Part shown: one piece after another, positions 49,572 to 57,049 of the stretch
Layout: each line of letters opens with the position of its first letter
Numbering within the stretch: position 1 is the stretch's first letter
IMG/VR virus record: IMGVR_UViG_2716884425_000003
Coordinates: 48,768 to 112,767 of that record
DNA: 64,000 bases
Reading direction: 5' to 3' (one strand)
Source: a virus
Notes under the pieces: generated by a model
What the model saw: the letters and a program-made list of their open reading frames with translations, nothing else
What the model was told of the DNA's origin: nothing
The model's database searches: none
Made by a program: the position numbers and the translations under genes

Positions 49572-49600
49572 AGTATAGACTAAAAGTGACAAAAAGTCAA
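49572..49600 (-). promoter_or_regulatory. sigma70-type promoter
   Basis: TTGACT-17-TATACT. Confidence 0.8.
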
Positions 49601-49617
49601 TAGCCTAAATGAAAAAG

Positions 49618-49668
49618 TTATTCACAATTGGAATGAGACTAGGTCTCAATAAGCGGGACCGGTCCCGC
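49618..49668. repeat. Composite palindromic element copy 1
   Basis: TTATTCACA, TGAGAC-TAG-GTCTCA, GCGGGACCGGTCCCGC. Confidence 0.9.
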
Positions 49669-49753
49669 CGCTATGTAATTACAAGCTTTTTATAGATCAC
49701 TAATAAAAGCAAGCAATACTGTAGCGGTCATAAATATAGGTATCAATTCCATA

Positions 49754-50044
49754 CTAGTTTACCTTCTTGTAGACGGGTTGGCTACGGTGTCCTTCAAAGT
49801 ATGCAGGACTCATGCACGTGACTTCTTCACGACCTGCTTGCACGTACAGGTCACCAACTACATAACCGTTCCAATACCTTTTGTTTTGGTTATAGTAGAA
49901 GTCGATAGCGTTTTGCATCTCATTAACAAAGTTAGGAGTTGCTGGCTTGTGTTCACTAGTGAAGTGAGCGCAAACATTGTCAGGGCCATCGTAACCTTTG
50001 GTTACCTTCTTCTCGAATGCTGATAGTTTAATATAATAGTTCAT
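49754..50044 (-). CDS. Hypothetical protein
   Basis: ORF track. Confidence 0.65.
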   Translation of the reverse strand: MNYYIKLSAFEKKVTKGYDGPDNVCAHFTSEHKPATPNFVNEMQNAIDFYYNQNKRYWNGYVVGDLYVQAGREEVTCMSPAYFEGHRSQPVYKKVN

Positions 50045-50049
50045 AATCT

Positions 50050-50241
50050 TTAGTCTCTGTCTCTGATGTCAAATCCATCGTTATCATTGTAATAACCTTC
50101 TACATTCCACATCTTGTCATAATTGACCTTTGGATATGGCCTTGGGCCTTGTGGTGTGTTGAAGTGTGTGTCCTTGTTCACGCCGTGTGCGTAAACCTTT
50201 TGAGCGTCTAGCTCTGTCTTTTTGTTGTTTGTCATACTCAT
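50050..50241 (-). CDS. Hypothetical protein (C-terminus paralogous to 51055-51399)
   Basis: NYDKMWNVEGYYNDNDGFDIRDRD. Confidence 0.7.
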   Translation of the reverse strand: MSMTNNKKTELDAQKVYAHGVNKDTHFNTPQGPRPYPKVNYDKMWNVEGYYNDNDGFDIRDRD

Positions 50242-50266
50242 AATCTCTTAATCTTTAACTGTGTCT

Positions 50267-50309
50267 AGTATACCATAGGGGGTGGGACATCCGTAGTCCT
50301 ACCGATTAA
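50267..50309 (-). repeat. Hairpin-promoter repeat copy 1
   Basis: GGTGGGAC-atccgta-GTCCTACC plus TGGTATACT box. Confidence 0.75.
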
Positions 50310-50550
50310 CTTTCTCAAATTCATCTACATTCATTGACCAGACCGAATCAACTACCCTACCGTCAGGGCTAACCTCTATGATCTCCACGCCACCCACTAG
50401 GCACTTGGCATCTACTGCGTGCTGTAGGCACTCGTGGGCTTCCTCTAGTAAGGCGTCAAATGACTTGCGGCACTTGACACGGGAGTTGAATACATCACCC
50501 AGAAACCAGAGTTCGTAGGTGGCTTGTCTCTTGTCTTTGTTAATCATCAT
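50299..50550 (-). CDS. Hypothetical protein
   Basis: True start MMINKDK at 50550, 6 nt after TATACT. Confidence 0.7.
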   Translation of the reverse strand: MMINKDKRQATYELWFLGDVFNSRVKCRKSFDALLEEAHECLQHAVDAKCLVGGVEIIEVSPDGRVVDSVWSMNVDEFEKVNR

Positions 50551-50556
50551 GCGTAC

Positions 50557-50598
50557 AGTATACCACGGGGGGTAGGACATCCGCCGTCCTACCAATTA
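50557..50598 (-). repeat. Hairpin-promoter repeat copy 2
   Basis: Perfect GGTAGGAC-N7-GTCCTACC plus TGGTATACT. Confidence 0.75.
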
Positions 50599-50620
50599 AA
50601 AACTTAAAAAAACTTCTTAA

Positions 50621-50663
50621 TGAGACTGAGTCTCAACGGGACCGGTCCCGCCGGCTGTCAAGC
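50621..50663. repeat. Composite palindromic element copy 2
   Basis: TGAGACTGAGTCTCA, GGGACCGGTCCC, TGTCAAGC. Confidence 0.9.
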
Positions 50664-50766
50664 AAAAAGTTTAGCCCCCTAGGAAACCCTAGGGGGTGGC
50701 CTTAATAATCGCGCTGTGTCGCTACAGGTCAGACCTCAAAGGCTCAAGCGCAGGAGTTCAGGCCGT

Positions 50767-50880
50767 CTAAACTACAATCTTCACGAATTGCCCAATCACT
50801 ACGCCAACAATAAGCGCAATGACTCCAATGTTAGTCACGAACAAAGTGTTCGTCCAATCTTTTTTAGTTTTAGTTTGCAT
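50767..50880 (-). CDS. Unannotated 37-aa membrane peptide
   Basis: MQTKTKKDWTNTLFVTNIGVIALIVGVVIGQFVKIVV. Confidence 0.55.
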   Translation of the reverse strand: MQTKTKKDWTNTLFVTNIGVIALIVGVVIGQFVKIVV

Positions 50881-50892
50881 AATAGGTTTATG

Positions 50893-51009
50893 TTAAAATA
50901 AGATAATAAGTGTCGGAAGAATAATCCAAAGTACAATAAAGTGCGCCGCCACAAGTAAGGCAAGCGGCATCAATAGAATTTCCAGAGCGTTAATAAGTGT
51001 TTTCATCAT
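50893..51009 (-). CDS. Unannotated 38-aa hydrophobic peptide
   Basis: MMKTLINALEILLMPLALLVAAHFIVLWIILPTLIILF; ATG 8 nt after the -10 box. Confidence 0.6.
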   Translation of the reverse strand: MMKTLINALEILLMPLALLVAAHFIVLWIILPTLIILF

Positions 51010-51017
51010 CTGTTTAC

Positions 51018-51046
51018 AGTATAGGTTAAATCCGTTAGTTTGTCAA
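51018..51046 (-). promoter_or_regulatory. sigma70-type promoter with GGAT spacer motif
   Basis: TTGACA-aactaacGGATttaacc-TATACT. Confidence 0.85.
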
Positions 51047-51054
51047 TCACAAAG

Positions 51055-51399
51055 TTAGTCACGGCAGCGAATGTCGTGGCCGTCATTGTCTAGGTAATAA
51101 CCTTGGACATTCCATTGCCTGTCGTAGTTCTGGGCAACGGGAAGATCCTTGTGGGAAGGAGCTTTTTGGCTCGCTTGGTAAACGTGCAGATCTTCCAAGT
51201 AATCATCAACTTCGTCTTGGCTGGCGTAATGCACAGCGTCGAATGGTACGGTGACACCGTAACCAGAACCGTCAAAAGATTCCAGCCACGCACCCTCACA
51301 GGATACGATGTTTACCAAGCGGCAAGGTTGGCCGCTGAGTGCGTTGATGTAAATAGCTCCGAGGATTAGGTTGTTTGCTTTCATTGTTTCGTTCTTCAT
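51055..51399 (-). CDS. Hypothetical protein
   Basis: True start MKNETMK (51399); the ORF-track N-terminus is a translated promoter. Confidence 0.7.
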   Translation of the reverse strand: MKNETMKANNLILGAIYINALSGQPCRLVNIVSCEGAWLESFDGSGYGVTVPFDAVHYASQDEVDDYLEDLHVYQASQKAPSHKDLPVAQNYDRQWNVQGYYLDNDGHDIRCRD

Positions 51400-51408
51400 T
51401 ATGTTAAT

Positions 51409-51437
51409 ACTATACCACACTTCTGCTTAATTGTCAA
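51409..51437 (-). promoter_or_regulatory. sigma70-type promoter
   Basis: TTGACA-17-TATAGT. Confidence 0.8.
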
Positions 51438-51552
51438 GTGCTTTTTTAATCTTTTTTAATTCTTTTACCTTTGCTACTAGCTCGTGCCATCTTTTCACGC
51501 GCTCGGTTTGCTCTCTGTAAATGTTTTCTTGTAGCTTGTTTATGTCGTTCAT
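51427..51552 (-). CDS. Unannotated 41-aa helical peptide
   Basis: MNDINKLQENIYREQTERVKRWHELVAKVKELKKIKKALDN; own promoter at 51562-51589. Confidence 0.55.
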   Translation of the reverse strand: MNDINKLQENIYREQTERVKRWHELVAKVKELKKIKKALDN

Positions 51553-51606
51553 CTTGTTAATACTATACCATAAAATGAAAAAAAGTCAACCCCTAAAATC
51601 AAAAAG

Positions 51607-51649
51607 TTATTCACAAAATGAGACTCAGTCTCAACGGGACCGGTCCCGC
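51607..51649. repeat. Composite palindromic element copy 3
   Basis: TTATTCACA, TGAGACTCAGTCTCA, CGGGACCGGTCCCG. Confidence 0.9.
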
Positions 51650-51675
51650 CGGTATAAAAGTCTAGCTATAAAATA

Positions 51676-51909
51676 CTAGAACTTCTCTACAAAAAATTCT
51701 TCGCCCCAAGCTTCCAAGTGAAATTCTTCTTTTGGCAGCCAGCCCCGCCAGTCATCAGATGCACGAACTAACCACATAGGCGGAAGGGCGTTATCATTTC
51801 GACGCTCTAAAATAAAACCTTTTGTGCCGTGCTCACGGATACGGTTTTTGGTGCGTTGGGTTGCGTTAGTCTTTGGACTAATCAGGATGCGATGGTTTTC
51901 AATATTCAT
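51676..51909 (-). CDS. Hypothetical protein
   Basis: ORF track. Confidence 0.65.
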   Translation of the reverse strand: MNIENHRILISPKTNATQRTKNRIREHGTKGFILERRNDNALPPMWLVRASDDWRGWLPKEEFHLEAWGEEFFVEKF

Positions 51910-51910
51910 A

Positions 51911-52351
51911 CTAAAATTCCTTTTGGTCTTGGTTTACTAATTCTCCTAACTCGCCTAATCCTACCAGATTCCGCTCGTCATTGTCAACTAACTTTCTTTG
52001 GACAAACTTGGCAATTCTGATTTTCTTGGCGGCAACTCGCTTGCTGCTAACCTTGGCCCAGTCTTTTGGTTCGTTAACGTCTACGCCTACGGTGACGATT
52101 CGACCGACATTGAATCCGAGAGCTTCAAGGGCTATGCGGATAAACTGTGCATTCTCTGGGCCGCGTGCGGTAAGAATGTCAAATTCTTTGCCAGAGTCTC
52201 TAACCAAAACACCTAGCGGAGTCAAATCATGCTCTGTGAGGTTAAGGATTGCGTGAGGTTTCAAAAAGTCAAATAGACGGTCGGAGCCGCGCTCCTCACG
52301 GATAAGGGTTCCGTCTAGGTCAAATAGTGGTTTTAATTTCTCGTTCATCAT
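51911..52351 (-). CDS. HAD-superfamily hydrolase-like protein
   Basis: LFDLDGTL, ILTARG, LVDND; true start MMNEK (52351). Confidence 0.7.
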   Translation of the reverse strand: MMNEKLKPLFDLDGTLIREERGSDRLFDFLKPHAILNLTEHDLTPLGVLVRDSGKEFDILTARGPENAQFIRIALEALGFNVGRIVTVGVDVNEPKDWAKVSSKRVAAKKIRIAKFVQRKLVDNDERNLVGLGELGELVNQDQKEF

Positions 52352-52357
52352 GTTAAT

Positions 52358-52386
52358 ACTATAGCTTAATTTTGCCAAAAAGTCAA
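52358..52386 (-). promoter_or_regulatory. sigma70-type promoter
   Basis: TTGACT-17-TATAGT, ATG 6 nt downstream. Confidence 0.8.
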
Positions 52387-52395
52387 GAAGTTTTT

Positions 52396-52509
52396 TCAAC
52401 TTTCTTCAACTTCAACCCACTCATCTTCTTCGTTGGTTGCGGGGTACACGGTGACCTCGAAAGGCCCGAAGGTGAATGTTTCTTCTCTCTCACTTTCTTT
52501 ATTCTTCAT
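52396..52509 (-). CDS. Unannotated 37-aa acidic peptide
   Basis: MKNKESEREETFTFGPFEVTVYPATNEEDEWVEVEES. Confidence 0.55.
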   Translation of the reverse strand: MKNKESEREETFTFGPFEVTVYPATNEEDEWVEVEES

Positions 52510-52515
52510 GCGTAC

Positions 52516-52558
52516 AGTATAGCACGCGAGGTTAGACATCCGTAGTCCCACCGATTAA
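52516..52558 (-). repeat. Hairpin-promoter repeat copy 3 (degenerate)
   Basis: GACATCCGTAGTCCCACCGATTAA plus TATACT. Confidence 0.7.
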
Positions 52559-52568
52559 AAAGTTTTAA

Positions 52569-52609
52569 TGAGACTGAGTCTCAACGGGACCGGTCCCGCG
52601 GCTGTCAAG
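52569..52609. repeat. Composite palindromic element copy 4
   Basis: TGAGACTGAGTCTCA, CGGGACCGGTCCCG, TGTCAAG. Confidence 0.9.
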
Positions 52610-52659
52610 AAAAAAATATAAAAATTGCACAAAAAAAAGCCCGCTTGCGCGGGTTGTGT

Positions 52660-52884
52660 TTACAGAAGCTCGCGCTTCTCCAGCCACTTCGCATAGGCGG
52701 GGGAGTCGTCCTCCCAGCAGATGCGCATGGCACGGTCGTGATCATACTCACGAATCTCCTCCTCGCGTACGCGCACGGTGCGACCGTCATCCTTGAGGAT
52801 GAGCCACTTGCCATTGCGCGGCGAGGCGGCGACTACTCCGAGGTAGCCGTTGAGGTTTTCAACCTCCATACCTAATTCAATCAT
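52660..52884 (-). CDS. Small SH3/KOW-like hypothetical protein
   Basis: ELGMEV...GVV...WLILKDDGRTVRV. Confidence 0.55.
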   Translation of the reverse strand: MIELGMEVENLNGYLGVVAASPRNGKWLILKDDGRTVRVREEEIREYDHDRAMRICWEDDSPAYAKWLEKRELL

Positions 52885-52935
52885 AGCGATATAATAAGGG
52901 CGCGATTTCCAAGGCCATCGCGCTGGCCCATGATG

Positions 52936-53154
52936 TTATTCCTTCCACTGTAAATCCAAGTAACCTTCATACTCGGACTTGTACTGCTTCCACTCGGCAT
53001 CCGTCATCAGAGGCCCGTGGACTGCGACCAGATCCGCCCAACTCTCTTGCTCCAAGAGTAGCTGTTGGCGGCTCTCATACTCCTCGTGTTCGATCTGTGC
53101 TTCGATGTCGGGAGTGATGGTTTCTTCTATGGTTGGCATCATGTCGCTCATCAT
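52936..53154 (-). CDS. Hypothetical acidic protein
   Basis: True start MMSDMM (53154). Confidence 0.65.
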   Translation of the reverse strand: MMSDMMPTIEETITPDIEAQIEHEEYESRQQLLLEQESWADLVAVHGPLMTDAEWKQYKSEYEGYLDLQWKE

Positions 53155-53160
53155 GTTAAG

Positions 53161-53189
53161 AATATAACACACATCCAGAAGCTGTGCAA
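53161..53189 (-). promoter_or_regulatory. sigma70-type promoter with GGAT spacer motif
   Basis: TTGCAC-agcttctGGATgtgtgt-TATATT. Confidence 0.75.
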
Positions 53190-53207
53190 GCACTTTTTTG
53201 CATTAAA

Positions 53208-53279
53208 TTATTCACAGTATAGGTATAAAAAAAGCTTGACGCCGGCCGGGACCGGTCCCGAAAATGAGACCGAGTCTCA
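53208..53279. repeat. Composite palindromic element copy 5 (opposite orientation)
   Basis: TTATTCACA...GCTTGACG, CGGGACCGGTCCCG, TGAGACCGAGTCTCA. Confidence 0.9.
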
Positions 53280-53423
53280 TTAAGAAACTCGGCCCATTAT
53301 GGAAAAATAGTTTTATATAATAGTATTTTTTTTATATAGGCAATCCTTTCTATTTAATTATTACTTTTATGTATTAGTTCAGCAACTAGCAAGGCGGATA
53401 ATCCAAGTAACAAAATTGTCATT

Positions 53424-53618
53424 TTATATATCGACGTAGATTTTGGCTTCAAGCTGGTAGCGTTCTACTTCGAGAATTTCGTCGTGTTCGTTTTTACAAT
53501 AGAGTTGCTGTTTGTCTCTTGACAGGCCCACAACTTCCAATAGATCATCATCAGTGTGAATGGTGTCGCCGTGGTCTACTTGTTTAATCTGGCTTTTTAA
53601 TAGTTTCATATTCATCAT
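53424..53618 (-). CDS. Hypothetical protein
   Basis: ORF track. Confidence 0.6.
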   Translation of the reverse strand: MMNMKLLKSQIKQVDHGDTIHTDDDLLEVVGLSRDKQQLYCKNEHDEILEVERYQLEAKIYVDI

Positions 53619-53638
53619 CTTTGTTACTTTGTTTTTGT

Positions 53639-54418
53639 CTAATTAGCCTTTGCCGATTTCTTAATCGCTTGTAAGGCCAAACTCGCTGCGCTCCCCGCTG
53701 GCTGTGTGCCGTGAATCAGCAACGCAAAGTTATCTTCGCCAAATGCTGCGTGCGTATCGTCGTGGTCGATTTCTAATCCACGCTCGGCGGCTTCTTCTTC
53801 ACTGTAAACCACGAGAGCTTCTTTCCAACCGTGAAGGTCAATCAAATCGTCATGCTTGCCACCACGGGAAGCAGTCAAAACAAGATTCTCAGGCAAGGCA
53901 AATTGCTTGAACAAATGCAAGCTCTTGCTGTAAGAGTAAAACACCTTGTCGGGATTCAGCTTGGCAACTTCAATCCACGCTTGCAAATACTCCTTGTTGA
54001 AGTAATCGCCGCCAACGTGAACGCGCATGATGTCGAACTTCTTCGGCAAGCTCTTGTGGATGAGTTGCGAGGTGTGCGGCATTCCGCATCCCGCGCCATC
54101 CACCACGAAGCCAAGCGCATTCTCAAATCCGGCTTGTGCGTCACGCTTCAGGGCTTCTTTAATCAATTCAAGGTTATGCCAAACGAGTTTTCTTAATGAT
54201 GGGGAACGCGCCTCTGCGCTTGCCATGAAACAGCGAAACACTGTGTCCGGCCCATCGGTGACTTTTCCCGTTACTCTGTCAGCACGGGAAAAACAATCCT
54301 TTGCCGCTGGGCAAGTATGCCCTGCGGGAAGTGTGAAGGTTTTCAGCACAAGGCCGACCTTCTTAATCATTTTCTTGAGCTTGGCGTTAGGGTCGCCAAA
54401 TTTGAGTTTGTCCATCAT
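53639..54418 (-). CDS. Gp88-like phage protein (Cys-containing)
   Basis: FTLPAGHTCPAAKDC...CFMA...RVHVGGDYF...FYSYSKS...LTASRGG. Confidence 0.75.
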   Translation of the reverse strand: MMDKLKFGDPNAKLKKMIKKVGLVLKTFTLPAGHTCPAAKDCFSRADRVTGKVTDGPDTVFRCFMASAEARSPSLRKLVWHNLELIKEALKRDAQAGFENALGFVVDGAGCGMPHTSQLIHKSLPKKFDIMRVHVGGDYFNKEYLQAWIEVAKLNPDKVFYSYSKSLHLFKQFALPENLVLTASRGGKHDDLIDLHGWKEALVVYSEEEAAERGLEIDHDDTHAAFGEDNFALLIHGTQPAGSAASLALQAIKKSAKAN

Positions 54419-54426
54419 CTTTGTAT

Positions 54427-54455
54427 AGTATAGGCTTTATCCGGTCGCGTGTCAA
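54427..54455 (-). promoter_or_regulatory. sigma70-type promoter with GGAT spacer motif
   Basis: TTGACA-cgcgaccGGATaaagcc-TATACT. Confidence 0.85.
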
Positions 54456-54457
54456 TC

Positions 54458-54883
54458 TTAAACGTCACACGTTCCGTTGTTAAATGATTTTTCTTCGTTA
54501 GTGTAAACATCGCCCATCGTGTAAACGTGACCTTCGCGCCCGTAGCGCATGGAAACATCTTTGCGCTCCATACCGTCGAACTTCTCCTTGGCAAAAGCCT
54601 TGGCGTAAGGCATCGCGCCACCCTTGGCAGTCTTAAACGCCTCGGCGTTTTCGTTCAGCATCAGAGCCAAGTAAATGTTCTCCAATGCGCGGAGCAACTT
54701 TTCCTCGGTGGTGCAAAAAGCCAATTCATTCTCAAAGATCCACTCTGGCGCGTCTTGACTTGTCGCCTCATGGTTCCAGAATGAGTTAAACCACGCCTCG
54801 GCGAGTTCTGCGTTTTCAGCCTTCAAGTAAATCTTGAGCCAGCCGTGGGAGTCGGGGATGTATGTGAGTTTGATGTTTTTCAT
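54458..54883 (-). CDS. Hypothetical protein
   Basis: ORF track; promoter 54893-54921 (TTGACA-17-TATACT). Confidence 0.7.
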   Translation of the reverse strand: MKNIKLTYIPDSHGWLKIYLKAENAELAEAWFNSFWNHEATSQDAPEWIFENELAFCTTEEKLLRALENIYLALMLNENAEAFKTAKGGAMPYAKAFAKEKFDGMERKDVSMRYGREGHVYTMGDVYTNEEKSFNNGTCDV

Positions 54884-54907
54884 TGTTCGAGTAGTATATA
54901 GGATTTT

Positions 54908-55036
54908 CTAGTTGGTGTCAATACTTTTTTTATGTTTTTGTTTGCGAGTGTAAGAGCCTTTGCCCTTCTTTACTTTATGCTCACGGGACGCACTGCCCAT
55001 GAACCCGTTCGGATTTACTCTTGCTTTAATCTTCAT
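54908..55036 (-). CDS. arfA: Unannotated 42-aa ArfA-like ribosome rescue peptide
   Basis: MKIKARVNPNGFMGSASREHKVKKGKGSYTRKQKHKKSIDTN contains the ArfA signature KKGKGSYxRKxKH. Confidence 0.75.
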   Translation of the reverse strand: MKIKARVNPNGFMGSASREHKVKKGKGSYTRKQKHKKSIDTN

Positions 55037-55087
55037 GGACGTAGTCTAACAGAAACGGAAACAAAAGGCGAGAAAAAAATGAAAAAA

Positions 55088-55159
55088 TAATTCACACCCT
55101 GTGCATAAAAAAAGCTTGACAGGGCCGGGACCGGTCCCGCCAAATGAGACTGAGTCGCA
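55088..55159. repeat. Composite palindromic element copy 6
   Basis: TAATTCACA...GCTTGACA, CGGGACCGGTCCCG, TGAGACTGAGTCGCA. Confidence 0.9.
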
Positions 55160-55241
55160 ATAAGTATCTATGTGATTTTTATACTATAGGCACACAATAA
55201 AAAATCCCTCCTATTTGATAGGAAGGATTATTTGAAGTTAT

Positions 55242-55757
55242 TTAGAGTTTGTAAAAAACGTGCTTGCCTATTTTTGCCACAGGCTTGATTGGTACTTTAA
55301 CTTCTCTGCCGTTCTTAATTACTTTCTTGTATGTCCAATAGGGAGGTTTAATATCCGTGGAATAATAGTGATTAGCATCACCAACCCAAGCGTGATTTAA
55401 TTGTTGATTGGCACAAATAGATTTGGCAACCAACTTGGCGTACCGCACGATGATACATTTGGAATCCCAAAGGTAATCTAACTCACTTTCTTTCTTAACC
55501 TTTCCTTTGCCAGCGTTCCAAATGCTAAACTGCCAAGGTTGCAAGCATACTTGTGCGGGGGTGAGCTTACGTTGCGCTGCGCGTTTTTGTATAACGCAAG
55601 CAACTCCATATACGCCAATTTCAGATTCCCCACGCGCTTCGCCCAACAACGTCAGAGCGACAATGCGCTCTTCAGTTGTTAGGGAAAAATCTGCCGCCGC
55701 TGCACTAGCAAAGACAATGAAGATAATGAATCCAATAATGATGTGTATCCGTTCCAT
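55242..55757 (-). CDS. SleB-like cell wall hydrolase (Hydrolase_2) with N-terminal signal/TM
   Basis: ALTLLGEARGE, CLQPWQFSIWN, ANHYY, PPYW, IGKHVFY. Confidence 0.85.
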   Translation of the reverse strand: MERIHIIIGFIIFIVFASAAAADFSLTTEERIVALTLLGEARGESEIGVYGVACVIQKRAAQRKLTPAQVCLQPWQFSIWNAGKGKVKKESELDYLWDSKCIIVRYAKLVAKSICANQQLNHAWVGDANHYYSTDIKPPYWTYKKVIKNGREVKVPIKPVAKIGKHVFYKL

Positions 55758-55763
55758 GATTCT

Positions 55764-55792
55764 AGTATAGGGGTTATCCGGTAAAAAGTCAA
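55764..55792 (-). promoter_or_regulatory. sigma70-type promoter with GGAT spacer motif
   Basis: TTGACT-ttttaccGGATaacccc-TATACT. Confidence 0.85.
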
Positions 55793-55850
55793 GGGGAGAG
55801 AGAGCCTCAAGAGGCGAAGCATTACGCCAAGCCCTCCCTCCCCGTTAGGG

Positions 55851-56321
55851 TTAAGCGTTAGCCTTCTTTGCTTGCCTAGCTCGCTTCACTTGTGCGAGCT
55901 TTCGTGCCAGCTTCCGCTTGTTGGCGACCATGCGCTTTTCAGTCATGGTGCGCGTTCCCTGCACCCACGCTACAATCTTGTCGTAGACGGTGGGACTGAT
56001 GGACGAAACATCTCCGTAAAATCCATCGTTGTTAGTGTTACCCGATACGATAACGTCAGGGAGCAACTGCGCTACGGCGCGAACCGTGTTGATGTGCTTC
56101 TGCTCCGTGAGCTTGTCGTTTTTAGTGCCACTGTTGGCGTGGATGGTGTCAAACAGACGACCATCGAACCCAACGCCACCGCTGACGTTGAATCCACACG
56201 CCATCTTGCCAGCTTTACGCTGCTCGACACCGTTGCGGGTTTTACCAGCATACAGGAGAATCTTTCCGTTCTCAAGTTCTGTGCCAGTGATGTAGTTAGT
56301 ATGTGAATGTAGGTTGTTCAT
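55851..56321 (-). CDS. Hypothetical protein with basic C-terminus
   Basis: ORF track; promoter 56359-56387 (TTGACT-GGAT spacer-TAACAT). Confidence 0.7.
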   Translation of the reverse strand: MNNLHSHTNYITGTELENGKILLYAGKTRNGVEQRKAGKMACGFNVSGGVGFDGRLFDTIHANSGTKNDKLTEQKHINTVRAVAQLLPDVIVSGNTNNDGFYGDVSSISPTVYDKIVAWVQGTRTMTEKRMVANKRKLARKLAQVKRARQAKKANA

Positions 56322-56406
56322 CAGTTTTTAGTATATGTTTTTGTCTCGCACTGTTTCTATGTTACTAGATATCCGATTCGTAGTCAACATAAAAATTAAT
56401 AAAATT

Positions 56407-56982
56407 AAAAAAATTGAGGCGGCTGTCGGCGTTGTTGCTTCCAATCACTTTAATGGGTTGACCAACCTCAAATTATCTAAATTAGTGGGAAGATGGATTG
56501 CTGCATTACCATCAAGACCAGTACACAATACAGTTCAGTTTTACCAGTCTACTAAAACTACGAGAGTCATACGATTGCACTCTCTCAAGTAGCCTCATGC
56601 CTTTCCCCTTATGGTGGAGGGATATTCAGCCATTCCCTTGGGGCAACCGTCGCCGCCCCAAAATTTATAGCCCTCGGTTACGACAAGGTCTGCCGACCAA
56701 GTCTCGCAAGGACATCCTGCCTGTGCCACATGACTGCACCCAGCTTTGTGCGGATTGCGACTCCGCTGTCTCTAAGGTTTCGACACCTTAAAGGCTGAAC
56801 AGGATTAAGTTATTGCATAGGCCGCTACCTCTACGGGCGTTTAGTGTTCTTCACCTATGCTGCTGGTGCTTCCTCGTCCCTAACAGGGCGCGTACCCTGT
56901 TCGCTACGTTAGGCTTGCCAAGACTGTGTTTCGTCTCCCAGCAAAATTGTTTCAAAGATCGTGGAGGTGTTACCCTCACTGT
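56407..56982 (-). ncRNA. Large (~575 nt) highly structured non-coding RNA of unknown class
   Basis: Dedicated promoter (56989-57017), no credible minus-strand ORF, >10 hairpins and multibranch stems whose G.U pairs work only on the minus strand, terminal stem plus U-run. Confidence 0.75.
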
Positions 56983-56988
56983 TTTAAT

Positions 56989-57017
56989 AGTATACCGCAC
57001 ATCCGGTTTCAGTGCAA
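56989..57017 (-). promoter_or_regulatory. sigma70-type promoter with GGAT spacer motif driving the large ncRNA
   Basis: TTGCAC-tgaaaccGGATgtgcgg-TATACT. Confidence 0.8.
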
Positions 57018-57049
57018 GTCTTTTTTTACTTTTTTTTACTTAAGTTTAG

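Noticed and set aside
53231-53270. TTGAC[A/G] next to the palindrome as ordinary promoters
   Set aside because: No -10-like hexamer at 16-18 nt in any copy; the genes have separate canonical promoters.
56407-56982. tmRNA, RNase P, or group I/II intron identity for the large RNA
   Set aside because: CTCCACCA is present but lacks a preceding T-arm; there is no GAGGAAAGUCC, no group II domain V, and no S element.
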